From: the human T2T-CHM13v2.0 reference genome, Homo sapiens
Assembly (NCBI RefSeq): GCF_009914755.1
Contig: NC_060931.1
Direction: 5' to 3' (one strand)
Length of the DNA stretch: 64,000 nucleotides
The position numbers were made by a program, and so were the translations under genes. The notes beneath the pieces were generated by a model. That model ran no database searches. It was not told where the DNA came from and saw nothing but the letters and a program-made list of their open reading frames with translations. Positions 27,540 to 44,534 of this stretch are shown one piece after another. Position 1 is the first letter of the stretch. Every line of letters starts with the position of its first letter.

Positions 27540-28597
27540 TCATAACATCTATCTACTGACTGAAAGTGGTATTGGCATGTTGGGTGTTTCTTTTGCCCCA
27601 TCCCAAGTAAAATGATTAATAAAGAAAAATAAGGTATTTATTTAGTTGTCTAAAAAATACTTTCCACTGAATTCAGTTCTTCAAAGAAATATATATAGTA
27701 AAACCAAAATTTTTGCTTTCAAATGATTTGGCATGATTGGGCAATTTTAACATATTTAATCTATCGGAAGCTATTTCTCACAGAAAATTCCTAAGCTGCC
27801 TCAAAGTGAAGATAAAAGATTCTCAACGTAATATCTATTGCCTACTCAGCCACCATCCAGAAGGTGCAACTTTTCTTAAGTATTTCAGAGACTGATGATT
27901 TATCAGCTTCGCCTTCATTAGATTTATATGGTACATAGGATTTGTTTGTCACTTCTACATGAAAGCAATTTTCCTTTTACAGTTTAACAAGGCCAACTAA
28001 GGTTTTATTTTAGTTTGGTTTATTTGGTTTGATTATACTTTATTAATCTCTCAGTATAAAACTTTAACAGATTATACTCATTTTTAAAGATGGCTGTAGA
28101 TTACTAAACAATCAAAAAATTTTCCCACACACAAAAGCATCCAATGGTGCTTGTTATTTAAGATCAGCATGAAATGAAAAGTCTAGTCCTTTCAGTTTAA
28201 TGTTAATTAAGTCTTGCCCAGAGCTCATAGACATCTGAGAGAAGGATCATGTAAAGGAGTAGAAGGAGTAGTCTTTACATAAAATATACTGGAGATATAA
28301 GGTGAAAATAACTGAATTCATGGATTTAAGCTCAGACTAGCCCTGCAATTTTATGGAATACCATGGAAGAGTCACTAAAATACTATGCTGAATTAGAAGG
28401 ATATGTGATTGTTAATAAAATGACATTCAAAATACATTGTTTAAATCGCTATAATAAAATATTGTCTCTGGAGCTATGGACTAGTGAGCCCTGATTCAAG
28501 TTCGTAAAATGTCCACTGAGGTCTCATCAAAGGGAGCTTAATTCCTATCAGAGACCAACTGAAGAGGTGTTTCGTTTTGTTTTGTTTTTATAGGACT

Positions 28598-28983
28598 TGT
28601 ATTAGTCTGTTCTTGCACTGCTATAAAGAATTACCTGAGACTGGGTAGTTTATAAAGAAAAGAGGTTTAATTGGCTCATGATTCTGCAGGCTCTACAGGA
28701 AACATGGCTGGATAGGCCTCGGGAAAGTTACAATCATGGTGGAAAGTGAAGGAGAAGCAGGCATATCTTACATGGCCTGAGCAGGAGGAAGAGAGAGAGA
28801 GGGGAGGTGCCACACACTTTTAAACAACAAAATCTCATGAGCACTCACTCACTATCATGAGAGCAGCACTGAGGGGGAAATCTGCTCCCATGATCCAATC
28901 ACCTCCCACCAGGCCCACCTCTAACATTGGGGATTGCAATTCGACACGAGATTTGGGCAGGAACACAGACTCAAACTATATCA
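28598..28983 (-). mobile_element. MSTA-like MaLR solo LTR
   Basis: TGTATTAGTCTGTTCTTGCACTGCTATAAAGAA...CAAACTATATCA; perfect TSD GGACT (28593-28597 / 28984-28988). Confidence 0.93.
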
Positions 28984-29204
28984 GGACTGGTAGGATACTA
29001 GTTATGATCAGTGAGAAGAAATAAAAAATACCTCATAAAATAACCAATTCCTCACTCATGGTCTAAAACTGCTTATTTTCAAAAAATGACAGATGATGAT
29101 GAAGTTGCAGAGCAAAGAGAATGCTTAAACACTGTTGGTGGGAATGTAAATTAGTTCAGCCATTGTAGAAAGCAGTGTGGTGATTTCTCAAAGAACTTAA
29201 AATA

Positions 29205-29632
<428 letters not shown>

Positions 29633-31015
29633 CTAAATGCCCATCAAAATCAGATTAGATTAAGAAAATGTGGGGATGGAGCTCAAGATGGCCAAATAGG
29701 AACAACTCTCGTCTGCAACTCCCAGCGAGACCAACACAGAAGGTGGGTTATTTCTGCATTTCCAACTGAGGTACCTGGTTCATCTCACTGGGACTGGTTA
29801 GGCAGTGGGTGCAGCCCACAGAGGGCGAGCAGAAGCAGAGGGGGGCATCGCCTCACCCAGGAAGTGCAAGGGGTCGGGGAACTCCCTCCCCTAGCCAAGG
29901 GAAGCCATGAGGGACTCTGCCTTGAGGGACGGTGCTATCTGGCCCAGATACTAGGCTTTCACCATGATCTTTGCAACCCACACACCAGGAGATTCCCTCA
30001 GGTGCCTACACCACCAGGGCCCTGGGTTTCAAGCACAAAACTGCACAGCTGTTTGGGCAGACACCGAGTTAGCTGCATTAGTTTTTTCGTACCCCAGTCG
30101 CACCTGGAATGCCAGTGAGACAGAATCATTCACTCTCCTGGAAAGGGAGCTGAAGCCAGGGAGCCTAGTACTATTACTAAGCAGATCCCACCCGCACAGA
30201 GCTCAACAAGCTAAGATCCACTGGCTTGAAATTCTCGCTGCCAGCATAGCAGTCTGAAGTCAATCTGGGATGCTCAAGTTTGGTGGGAGGAGGGATGTCT
30301 GCCATTACTGAGGCATGAATAGGCAGTTTTCCCCTCACGGTGTAAAGAAAGCTGCCAGGAAGTTCGAATTGGGTGCAGAACCCACCGCAGCATGGCAAAG
30401 CTGCTGTAGCCTGACTGCCTTTCTAGATTTCCTCCTCTCAGGGAAGGACATCTCTGAAAGAAAGGTGCAGCCCCAGTCAGGGTCTTATAGATAAAACTCC
30501 CATCTCCCTGAGACAGAGCACCTGGGGGAAGGGGCAGCTATGGGTGCAGCTTCAGCAGACTTAAACGATCTTGCCTGCTGGCTCTGAAGAGAGCAGTGGA
30601 TCTCCCAGCACAGTGCTAGAGCTCTGCTAAGGATCAGACTACCTCCTCAAGTGGATCACTGACCCCTGTGCCTCCTGATTGGGAGATATCTCCCAGCAGG
30701 GATTGACAGACACCTCATACAGGAGAGCTCTGGCTGGCATCTGGTGAGTGCCCCTCTGGGACAAAGCTTCCAGAGGAAGGAGCAGGCAGCAATCTTTGCT
30801 GTTCTATAGCCACCTCTGGTAATACTCAGACAAACAGGGTCTGGAGTGGACCTCCAGCAAACTCCAGCAGACCTGCAGCAGAGGGGCCTGACTGTTAGAA
30901 GGCAGACTAACAAACAGAAAGCCATAGCATTAACATCAACAAAAAAAATGCCCCGACAAAAACCCCATCCAAAGATCACTGACATCAAAGACCAAATGTA
31001 GATAAAACCACGAAG

Positions 31016-32348
<1,333 letters not shown>

Positions 32349-32410
32349 AGACCATCAACACTATGAAGAAACTGCATCAACTAATGGGCAAAATAACCAG
32401 CTAGCATCAG

Positions 32411-35400
32411 ATGACAGGGTCAAATACACACATAACAATATTAGCCTTAAATGTAAATGGGCTACATGCTCCATTAAAAGACACAGACTAGCAAATTTAA
32501 TAAGGAGTCAAGACCCATGGTCGTGCTGTATTCAGGAGACCCATCTCACATGCAAAGACACACACAGGCTCAAAATAAAGGGATGAAGGAATATTTACCT
32601 AGCAAATGGAAAGCAAAAAAAAAAAAAAAAAAAAAGCAGGGGTTGCAATACTACTCTCTGACAAAACAGAACTTTAAATCAACAAAGATCAAAAAAGACA
32701 AAGAAGGGCATTACATAATGGTAAAGGGATCAATGCAGCAAGAAAAGCTAACTATCCTAAATATATATGCACCCAATACAGGAGGTCCCAGGTTCATAAA
32801 GCAAGTTCTTGGAGACCTACAAAGAGACTTAGACTCCCACACAATAGTAGTGGGAGATTTTAACACCCCACTGTCAATATTAGACAGATCAATGAGACAG
32901 AAAATTAACAAGGATATTCAAGACTTTAACTCAGCTCTGGACCAAGCAGACCTAATAGACATCAGCAGAACTCTCCACCCCAAATGAACAAAATATACAT
33001 TCTTCTCAGTACCACATAGCACTTATTCTAAAACTGACCACATAATTGGAAGTCAATCACTCCTCAGCAAATGCAAAAGAATGGAAATCACAACAAACAA
33101 TCTCTCAGACCACACTGCAATCAAATTAGAACTCAGGGTTAAGAAAGTCACTCAAAACTGCACAACTACATGGGAACTGAACAACATGCTCCTGAATGAC
33201 TATGGGGTAAATAACAAAATTAAGGCAGAAATAAATAAGCTATTTGAAACCAATGAGAAGAAAGACACAATGTACCAGAATCTCTGGGACACAGCTAAAA
33301 CAGTGTTTAGAGGGAAATTTATAGCACTAACTGCTCATATGAGAAAGCGGGAAAGATCTAAAATCTACACCCTAACATCACAATTAAAACAACTAGAGAA
33401 GCAAGAGCAAACAAATTCAAAAGCTAGCAGAAGACATGAAATAATTAAGATCAGAGCAGAACTGAAGGAGATAGAGACACAAAAAACCCTTCAAAAAAGC
33501 AATGAGTCCAGGAGCTGGTTTTTTGAAAAGATTAACAAAATAAACCACTAGCCAGACTTACAAAAAAGAAAAGAGAGAAGAATCAAATAGACACAATAAA
33601 AAATGATAAAGGGGATATCACCACTGATCCCACAGAAATAAAAACTAGCATGAGGGATACTATAAATACCTCTACACAAATAAACTAGAAATTCTAGAAG
33701 AAATAGATACATTCCTCAACACATACACCCTCCCAAGACTAAACCAGAAAGAAGTTGAATCCCTGAATAGACCAATGACAAGTTCTGAAAATCGCCTACC
33801 AACCAAAAAAGCCCAGGACCTGACAGATTCACAGGGGATTTCTACCAGAGGTACAAACAGGAGCTGGTATCATTCTTTCTGAAACTATTCCAAACAATAG
33901 AAAAAGAGGGACTCCTCCCTAATTCATTTTATGAGGCCAGCATCATCCTGATACCAAAACCTGGCAGAGACACAACAGAAAAAGAAAATTTCAGGACAAT
34001 ATCTGATAAACATTGATATGCAAATCCTGAAAATAATACTGGAAAACCAAATCCAGCAGCACATTAAAAAGCTTATCCAAAATGATCAAGTTGGCTTCAT
34101 CCCTGGGATGCAAGGCTGGTTCAACATACGCAAATCAATAAACATAATCCATCACATAAACAGAACCAATAATAAAAACGACATGATTATCTCAATAGAT
34201 GCAGAAAAGGCCTTCAACAAAATTCAACACTGCTTCATGCTAAAAACTCTCAATAAACTAGGTATTGATGAAACGCATCTCAAAATAATAAGAGCTATTT
34301 ATGACAAACCCACAGCCAATATCATACTGAATGGGCAAAAGCTGGAAGCGTTCCCTTTGAAAAGCTGCACAAGACAAGGATGCCCTCTCTCACCACTCCT
34401 ACTCAACATAGTATTGGAAGTTCTGGCCAGGGCAATAAGGCAAGAGAAAGAAATAAAGTGTATTCAAATAGGAAGAGAGGAAGTCAAATTGTCTCTGTTT
34501 CCAGAGGACATAATTGTATATTTAGAAAACCCCATTGATTCAGCCCTAAATCTCCTTAAGCTGATAAGCAACTTCAGCAAAGTCTCAGGATACAAAATCA
34601 GTGTGCCAAAATCACAAGCATTCCTATACACCAATAATAGACAAACAGAGAGCCAAATCAAGACTGAACTCCCATTCACAATTGCTACAAAGAGAACAAA
34701 ATATCCAGGAATACAACTTAAAGGGACATGAAGGACCTCTTCAAGGAGAACTACAAACCACTGCTCAAGGAAATAAGAGAGGACACAAACAAACGGAAAA
34801 ACATTCCATGCTCATGGATAGGAAGAATCAGTATCATGAAAATGGCCATACTGCCCAAAGTAATTTACAGATTCAATGCTATTCCTGTCAAGCTACCATT
34901 GACTTTCTTCACAGAATTAGCAAAAATTACTTTAAATTTCATATGGAACCAAAAAAAGAGCCCATATAGCCAAGACAATCCTAAGCAAAAAGAACAAAGA
35001 TGGAGGCATCATGCTACCTGACTTCAAACTATGCTACAAGACTACAGTAACCAAAACAGCATGGCACTGCTACCAAAACAGATATATAGACCAATGGAAC
35101 AGAACAGAGGCCTCAGAAATAATACCACACACCTACAAACATCTGATCTTTGACAAACCTGACAAAAACAAGCAATGGGGAAAGTATTCCCTATTTAATG
35201 AATGGTGTTGGGAAAACTGGCTAGCCATATGCAGAAAACTGAAACTGGACCCCTTCCTTATACCTTATACAAAAATTAACTCAAGATGGACTAAAGACTT
35301 AAATGTAGGACCTAAAACCATAAAAACCCCAGAAGAAAACCTAGGCAATACCATTTAGGACATAGGCATGGACAAAGACTTCGTGACTAAAACACCAAAA

Positions 35401-36229
35401 GCAATGGCAACAAAAGCCAAAAGTGACAAATGGGATCTAATCAAACTAAGGAGCTTCTGCACAGCAAAAGAAACTATCAACAGACTAAATAAGCAACTGA
35501 CAGAATGGGAGACAATTTTTGCAACCTATCCAGCTGACAAAGGGATAATATCCAGGACCTACAAGGAATGTAAACAAATTTACAAGAAAAAAACAAACAA
35601 ACCCAACAAAAAGTGGGCAAAGGATATGAACAGATATTTCTCAAAAGAAGACATTTATGCAGCCAATAAACACATTGAAAAAAAGCTCATCATCACTGGT
35701 CATTTGAAAAATGCAAATCGAAACCACAATGAGATATCATCTCACGCCAGTTAGAATGGCAATCATTAAAAATTCAGGAAACAATAGACGCTGGAGAGGG
35801 TGTGGAGAAACAGGAATGCTTTTACACTGTTGGTGGGAATATAAATTAGTTCAACCATTGTGGAAGACAGTGTGGTGATTCCTCAAGGATCTAGAACAGG
35901 AAATATCATTTGACCCAGCAATCCATTTACTGGGCATATACCCAAAGAATTATCAATCATTCTACTATAAAGACACATGCACACGTATGTTTATTGCGGC
36001 ACTATTCACAATAGCAAAGACTTGGAACCAACCCAAATGCCCATCAGTGATAGGCTGGATAAAGCAAATGTGGCACATATACACCATGGAATACTATGCA
36101 GCCATAAAGAAGAATGAGTTCATGTCCTTTGCAGGGACATAGATGAAGCTGGAAACCATCATTCTCAGCAAATTAACACAGGAACAGAAAACCAAACACT
36201 GCATGTTCTCATTCATAAGTGGGAGTTGA
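32411..36229 (+). pseudogene. L1 ORF2p remnant (endonuclease, reverse transcriptase and C-terminal domains; multiply disrupted)
   Basis: ATGACAGGG start; endonuclease motifs NIYAPN and VGDFNTPLS; RT motifs ISIDAEKAF and GCPLSPLL; catalytic FADD mutated to FPED (34498-34509); many stops and frameshifts. Confidence 0.95.
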
Positions 36230-37414
36230 ACAATGAGAACATACAGGCACAGGGAAGGGAACATCACACACTGGGGCCTGTTTGGGCATGGGGGGCAAGG
36301 GGAGGGATAGCATTAAGAGAAATACCTAATGTAGATGATGGGTTGATAGGTGCAGCAAACCACCATGGCTCATATATACCTATGTAACAAACCTGCACAT
36401 TCTGCACATGTATCCCAGAACTTAAAGTATAATTAAAAAATTATTTTTAAATGAATTAAGAAACGAAAAAAAAAGAAAGAAAATGTGGTACATATACACT
36501 ATGGAATACTAAGCAGCCATAAAAAAGAATGAAACCGTGTCCTTTGTAGCAACCTGCATAGAGCTGTCTAAGTGAACTAACACAGGAACAGAAAACCAAA
36601 TATCACATGTTCTTATTTAAAAGGGGGAGTTAAATATTGAGAATACATGGACACAAAGAAGGGAAGAACAGACACTGGGGCCTTCCTCAGGGTGGAGGAT
36701 GACAGGAAGGGGAGGATCTAAAAACTATCTATCGAGTACTATGCTTATCACCCAAGTGATGAAATAATCTGTACACCAAACCCCTGTGACACACAATTTA
36801 CCTATATAACAAACATGCAAATGTACCTCAGGACCTAAAATAAAAGTTAAAAAAAAAGTAAAATAGAATAAAGTGACTTATTTTCACAAAACACACATTA
36901 GGTCATATCTTCTGGCACTTGGTGAATAATACCACTACAAGATTTCAATAAATCTATAATCTTCACCATGTTTCTTTTTGTTTTATATCACTAATATAGT
37001 TTAATGGAACTAGCAATCTAAATTATATGAATTATGCAAGTTTGTCATGAAAGTAATATTTACATCCATGTTAGTTTGCTAATATTTTTTAATGAAACTA
37101 TGCATGGTAATTGATTAGAGAATTGCTTGTTCAGTTGCCAGAGTAATCCCCATAAATGTATTATTTGGAAATTTTGAAGGAAAAAATAATTTTTTAATTA
37201 CTTTTGATTTATTCTTATTACTTGGCATTGTTTACTATATCCTTCTTGAAACTTCACTTTTCCTTAGATTTCACCTTAAATAGAGTATCCCTGTGGCTCA
37301 GTCATAATATATATGTATATATTCACATTATGAAGGCTTCAACTATCCCCTCAAGGCATATAATTTCAAGCCTATGAATACACTCAATCTCAAATTAACA
37401 GTATCATTTGAATA

Positions 37415-37790
37415 AACTCCTGCATTTGTTGTAAATTACAATAAAACCAGTTACCCCAAAACTTAGCAACTTAAAACAACAAACAGGCATTATCTTACAG
37501 TTATGCTGTATCAGGAATCTGGGTGTGGCTTAGCTGGGTGCCTCTGGCTCAAGATTTCTCATGAGATTGTATTCAAGCTAAGGCTGTCTTCTAAGCCTGT
37601 GATCTCCTGTAAAAGCTCAAATGGAAACCAAGCACTACATGCATGAGTGATAATTAAACGTGTATTGTTTAAGTGACTGGGTTGACTGTTAGACAGAAGT
37701 TTGAGCCAGTGGTTAAACAACTGCCAGATCCAAATGACCAAGATCTCAGAAAAGAGGTTTAGATTGTAAGCCATCCCATATCACTTCAGC
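37415..37790 (-). mobile_element. MLT1F-like MaLR LTR fragment within L2-like sequence
   Basis: TTACCCCAAAACTTAGCAACTTAAAACAAC...TCAGGAATCTGGGTGTGGCTTAGCTGGGTGCCTCTGGCTCAAG. Confidence 0.7.
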
Positions 37791-39751
37791 TGAAACTGTT
37801 TTTCTCCCCCCAAATTCCTATACATCATGTGCCTAGACAGCTTATCTGCCAATGATCAAATTCAATATCATATTGTTAATTATCTTTTCAAGTTCACAGA
37901 TTGTGTCCCACCTAGATCATAAAATTGTTAACTATGATCTTTTTGTGCTTTGTAGATGCAGGCATTCAAGAAAAAAATTTATTAGATTAATGATTGGATA
38001 ATCCAAAGGAAATAGATTATTCTAGCCTAATTACATCATTAATTAAGACTGTTAAACTCTTGCCATTCTGTGTTTCTTTTTAATATATTTCACATTCATC
38101 ATATCTGAGTGTTTCTACTAATAAATACTTGAGCATCTCTGTTCCCTGGAATGGACTGTCTGGCCTAGTTCCCCCATTAAAATAATTAAATGTCTCAAGA
38201 GCTTTATTCTTAAAACATATGTGTTTATTATAAAACATCATTTAGCACCTCTGTAAGGAAACAGAAATTTAACCACCTCAACCATTTATATTAATCAAAG
38301 GATATCATCAATATCTTATATACTTTCAGCCAAAGGAACAGTGTCAGAAGATCAAAGTTTTATCCATTTGAAAGATTATGGCAGACACTGTGGCTACCTA
38401 ACCAGCCATCATCTTCCCCACACCCTCCTTTATTTCTTTCCAGCAGAACTCTGAATTTAATTGTGTTGCAATTAGACGAAAGACTCAGAATTTAGAAGTA
38501 AGACTTTGCTGTTCATAAGAAACACATTTCAGAAAAGAAGAGGGAAAGAGTTCACCGGACAAGGACTGAGAACACCCACACCCCAGTTCCTGAAGGTATC
38601 CCAATTATAGCCTGTCTTTTATACTGACATATTCCCAAGGCACCTTTCATAAGTTTCATGTGGACAGAAGGGAAGCAGTATCCTTGTGACAATCAGGTAG
38701 GGAAGATGAAACCTCAGGATGTTCAGCAGGTTGGGGAAAAGAAACCTTTAAGATATAAATAAAGAAACTTCAAAACAGCTATTTGAAAGGATACGTATAA
38801 AACAAATTTGAAAGTCATAGTATTTATCCACTCAAGCGTGCAGAAATTATCAAGGGGTTGCATTTGTCTAGAAGAGTAAAAATATTGTAGATTTACAAAG
38901 AGATGGCAGTATTCCTCCCAGGAAATAAAAATTATGAATGTCTTTGTTAAAAGAGTTCTTTATTTTTTAGCAAACATCATGTGAAGTTCTGTGTATGATG
39001 GATGGGCTGATTTTGTTAACATGAGCTAGGATACCAGGAGATTAAGGGAGGCCCCTCCTCAGGTCCCTGTGGTGAAATAATAGGTCTAAATTAATCATTG
39101 TGGACACATTACATTTGCAGTGACCGGTTAGGAATGAACTTGTAAATAAGTCCTTGCTGTTAAATACGAATTTCTTGGTGAGCATAAGGGCATTTTTGTG
39201 TCCAGAAAAGAAAATCTATTTGTACATTTACTTTTATTTAAAAAATTAAAATTCATTTTATTAAAATCACATATATAAAAAAACAGTTCTCTTTAAACTT
39301 TCAGGTTATAGAGTTTATGATAATTCTACTAATAACCTAGCATGTTTTAATAATTGGTTTTAAAGGTCCTTTGATTAATGCTTGGCATCACTTACAAACT
39401 TAAACAACTTTAAATACTTCAAACTGTATTTATAAATTAAGTGTATTCAAAATTTAAAATATTTAAATTATTTTACTTATAAAACTTGAGTTCTAAAACA
39501 GCTTTATATTTAATAAATTAAACTTATTAGCAGGATTAATCATACATTCTCATGAATGTTTCAACATTGTCTATAAACCTATTAAGATTTTATCATAAAA
39601 CACAAGCCAAAATTGATAACTATTTTATATTTTAAGGGGAATAACAAAGCTGACTTGTAACTCTACAGAAACGAATTCCATAAGAATTATTATATAAACC
39701 ATCAAATATGCTGTTAACATGATGGTTAGATTATCTTAAACTTTTTATCAC

Positions 39752-40109
39752 TGTCTTAGCCAGCTTCATGTTGCTATAACAGAATATCACAGACTGGGTG
39801 ATTTATAAAGAAAATAAATTTATATCTTATAGTTCCTGAGGCTGGAAAGTCCTATATCAAGGTACCAGTATCTTGTGTGGACCTTAATGCTATATCATCC
39901 CACAGGAGAAGACAGAAGGGCAAGAACATGTGAAGGCAAGAGATCAAACTCACAGCCTCAAGCCCTCTCATAATTGGCATTAATCCATTCATGAGGGTGG
40001 CACTATCATGATCTAAACACCTCCCATTAGGCCCCACATCCCAACACTGTTACATTGAAGATTAAGTTTCCAGCACATGCTTTTTGGGGGATACATTCAA
40101 ACACTAGAA
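39752..40109 (-). mobile_element. MSTD/MSTC-like MaLR solo LTR
   Basis: TGTCTTAG...GCTATAACAGAATATCACAGACTGGGT...GGCATTAATCCATTCATGAGGG; perfect TSD ATCAC (39747-39751 / 40110-40114). Confidence 0.88.
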
Positions 40110-40237
40110 ATCACTGAATTCTCAGTCTTCTCAAGGTTGAAAGGCACTTAACTATTAAGGTAATATTTATGTCATAACAGGCAATTTTAAGGAATAATTT
40201 CCCTCTCAGTTGCAATTGTTTAAATAACATAGATTTT

Positions 40238-40535
40238 AGCCTGGGTGTTGTGGCTAATGTCTGTAATCCCAACACTTTGGGAGGCTGACATGGGCAGCTC
40301 ACTTGAAGCCAGGAGTTCGAGACCATCCTGGACAACATGGCAAAACCCCATCTCTACGAAAAATACAAAAATTAGCCAGGCATAGTGGCACACACCTGTA
40401 ATCACAGCTACTCGGGAGGCTGAGGTATGAAAATCACTTGAACTTGGAAGGCAGGTTGCACCACTGCACTCCAGCCTGGGTGACAGAGTGAGACCCTCTC
40501 TCAATAAAAAAATTAAAATTAAATAAATAAAAATG
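40238..40535 (+). mobile_element. Old Alu (J/Sz-like) with a short right-arm deletion
   Basis: GGTTGCA is joined directly to CCACTGCACTCC, lacking GTGAGCCGAGAT; flanking AACATAGA repeat. Confidence 0.9.
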
Positions 40536-41699
40536 TAAAACATAGAAGTTACCTGGATCACTAACTGGATTTTTTTTTCACAAGCCTTGCTAGAGTATTC
40601 TGAATTACCTTTATAATCTAAGAGAAGAATTTTAAAACTAAGGGAGTAGTAGGTCTCAGTGACTCAAAGTCTGCAGAATCTCTGTACACATTTATTACAT
40701 AATTATATGTTGCATTTTTGCTCTTATACTGTGCAAATGTTTTCCCTAACACTAAAGATGACTAAATTTGATGCAATCTAATATTTTCTTCATAAGATCC
40801 CCAACTTTTCAGATACCATTTCTATGATATAAAATAGTATCTAATAGGATCCTGGAGATCTCTGGTGGCATTGCTTGATTATTCAAGGCACTTCCAAGAT
40901 CATTTGACTCATGCTAACTAATGGCCCTTGAAGGCAAGCCTGCTGTGGGCCTCTGCAAAAATAAGAGGAGTGAACAGGAGGAAAGCCATTCTTCTTTAAC
41001 TGGATGTTTTCCAGTCTAAATGTGGTTCCAAGAAGACCAAGAGACCTTTTGTGACCCTAAGGAGGCAAGCCTAAAATGTAGCAAACATGCCAAGGTTGAC
41101 AGTGCTAAAATCTGCAGGCATGCTGCCCCTAAGCGTCTTATTACATGAGATATTACATGTCTTTTTGCTTAGCCACTTTCAGTTGTATTTTTGCTACTTG
41201 CAGCCCAAATCTCCCTAATTAATAAAATAATCCATCAAAGCTTCCACATAATCAATGAGACAAGAGGTTCAATCCACATAAACGGGATAAACTAGACATA
41301 AAGAAGCATAATGGATAACCCCATATATCAAAAAATGCCACTAGTTTCAACATAGACATAGCAGTGTATCCCATGCAAAAGATTTATATAGAGTAGATCC
41401 AACGCAAAGAGGTCCTCAAGGCATTTATTATCTAGTGGTTATATAAAGTTAATGAAAACAATAAAAACAGATAAAAGCTACAGAGCTTATATCAATAGTG
41501 CCTCAATCTAAATACATAAGCAAATGGTCAGTTGGGCTACTATGTGTTCTGGATGTCTATGGTTTCAAACCAGCCACTCCAAAGTAGCAAAATTTATTTA
41601 CTTATGAAGTTGGAATAAGGGTAGTGCTCAGCAGGGATGGCTTGTCTCTGGTCTATCAGCAACAGCCAGGGCATCTGAAGGCAGGATGTTGTAATCATC

Positions 41700-42419
<720 letters not shown>

Positions 42420-43364
42420 CCATCCAAAAACCCAGTGTTCAGGGAGAACTCAAATACCTGGGAACTGTCACAGCTGAGGCTCCTGAGACATCTATTCCTG
42501 TGAGCCCTCTCCACAGGGTCTCTCCAGCATGCTGAATTAAGGGTAGCTAGACTTCTTACAAGATGAATGTCCCAAGAGGAACAGAGGCAGGCAGGAGCTG
42601 TCTTATTTTATGACCTAACCTTGGAAATCATGTGTAGCCTCAATTTCACCTCATTCTGTTCATCAAGGCAGTCACAAAGGCCCTTCTCAGTTGAAGGAAA
42701 TGGAAATTGACTCTATCTCTTGAAGGACGAGTAACAGAAAGAGCATGTGGGACCAGAAATATTAATGCACCATTGCTGATACAGTCTACCCAACTATGAC
42801 ATCATAGTTGTTTCTCAGTTACAGCCAAAGTGATGTCTTCAAGGAGACAGATTTTTAATCAAATCTTAAAGAATTTGAGAGACCTCGACTGTCATACGAA
42901 GTCTGTTTTTCAAGATAACACTTTTTTAAAGCAGTCATATATGTGTACAGTGTATATCCAGAAGCAAAGAAACAGATAGTTCTACTGAGAACTTCTCAGT
43001 GGCTTCACTATCTTAATTTATAAATACCCCAAAGCCAATCCTTGTTCCCTTTATGTACATCATCCAAATAATCTTAAGAGTAAACATTGTGGAAGCTTTT
43101 TGTGACACAGAATTTGACTAAATAAACACAAATACCTTCAACCTTTAAACCTTTCCTCAAGCTTAGATGAAGCTAAGTTATAAATAAACTCCAGTGGATT
43201 TAATACAGAGAAAGAAGTCAGCCTTAAAGTTCTGGCTTTGAAATAAAATGCAGCTCTTTTATGTCAGGGACTTCTGTCCCTTGTGTTCAGCACACTATTG
43301 TAGTCTCCACCCTGCTTACAGCACTGCTTTGCAAATAATGAAATGAATGCATAAATAAATAAAA

Positions 43365-43590
43365 CTGGCATCTATACAATGCTTTACAATTTATAAGGCA
43401 CTTTCATATATTTTGCTTCACAATAACTTGTGACATAAATATTATCATTATTGGATCCATTTAATAAAACAGGAAAGGTGAGAAATCAGTAACATAAGTA
43501 AATTTCCTGAAGTCACAGATATAGTGAAGTGTAAGAAATAAAAGTTGAAACACAAATTCCTATTTTATCAAACAACCCATGCCCTTTTCA
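43365..43590 (-). mobile_element. MIR (MIRc/MIR3-like)
   Basis: GCTTTACAATTTATAAGGCACTTTCATAT...CACAATAAC...TTTCCTGAAGTCACAG. Confidence 0.6.
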
Positions 43591-44534
43591 CTGATTATTA
43601 ATAACTTTTATATATTTTTATGACTTTCACTAGGGTATTAATTTCTGGCATGGATTTTTGCTTTGCTGACCCTCCCAAAATATCCCTGAAGTATGTAAAA
43701 CTATCATCCTTGGATGCCACACCTTCACTGTCATGATTATTGTTAAATTTTTAATTACTACATATATAATCTTTTAGCTATTCATCTTTCATCTTATTTA
43801 CTTGTTAATGTTTCTAACATTTCTTCAATGAATATTTTCAACACTAACAGCTAGGATATAACTAAAACTTTTTTTCAACCAAACATGGCTAAAAGCAGAT
43901 TATGTAGGCTTCCCACTGTTAAGTCTGGAAAAAAATTGTAAAAGAAAGGGTCAGTAATCTAGCATCACGTTAATTTATCAAAGTAATGATAAATACTTAA
44001 TACATGGAAATATCTAATAACAGAAACCAATTCTGTTACAAGAAAGGGCATATTCATATGCAATGAATGGCCATAATTAGGGTAAATTTGCATATTTACC
44101 TTTGGGAAGTTTTCTCAAGGAATTTAATTGGCATTTTGACCCAGAATATCTTAAAAAAGAGATATATAAAGAAAAATTGAAGGTTTTTCCAAATCCATGT
44201 ATGCCAGAGTTTAGAAACTCCCTGGCACTCAGTTTTTCCATACATTAAGGAAAGAGTTAAATGTGATAGTGTGCTCTTAACAAGAGCCAATCATCATTTG
44301 AAGTGAATGATATTCTCCTCCTCGTTATTCTCCAAGAACAGAATGCCTCCCAGATCCCAGGCTCAGAGAAAACTATTTCATTGCTTAGACTTCAGAGAAG
44401 GAAGGGGACGGAGAGAATAGAAAAACATACATTACCTTGAGAGTTAACTGTGAAACAAAGCTTCCAGATATTTTCTGTTTAGGAAACATGGAGACTAGAA
44501 TGTATCTTCAAGATAATACGCTCTCTCTTTCTAG

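Larger units (their letters stand above)
38378..41225 (+). mobile_element. LTR16-like ERVL LTR in three collinear pieces (~38378-38458, ~39007-39214, ~40957-41225)
   Basis: ATGGCAGACACTG start; middle GGTCTAAATTAATCAT...GCAGTGACCGGTTAGG; end AGCCACT...TGCTACTTGCAGCCCAAA...CCTAATTAATA. Confidence 0.55.
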
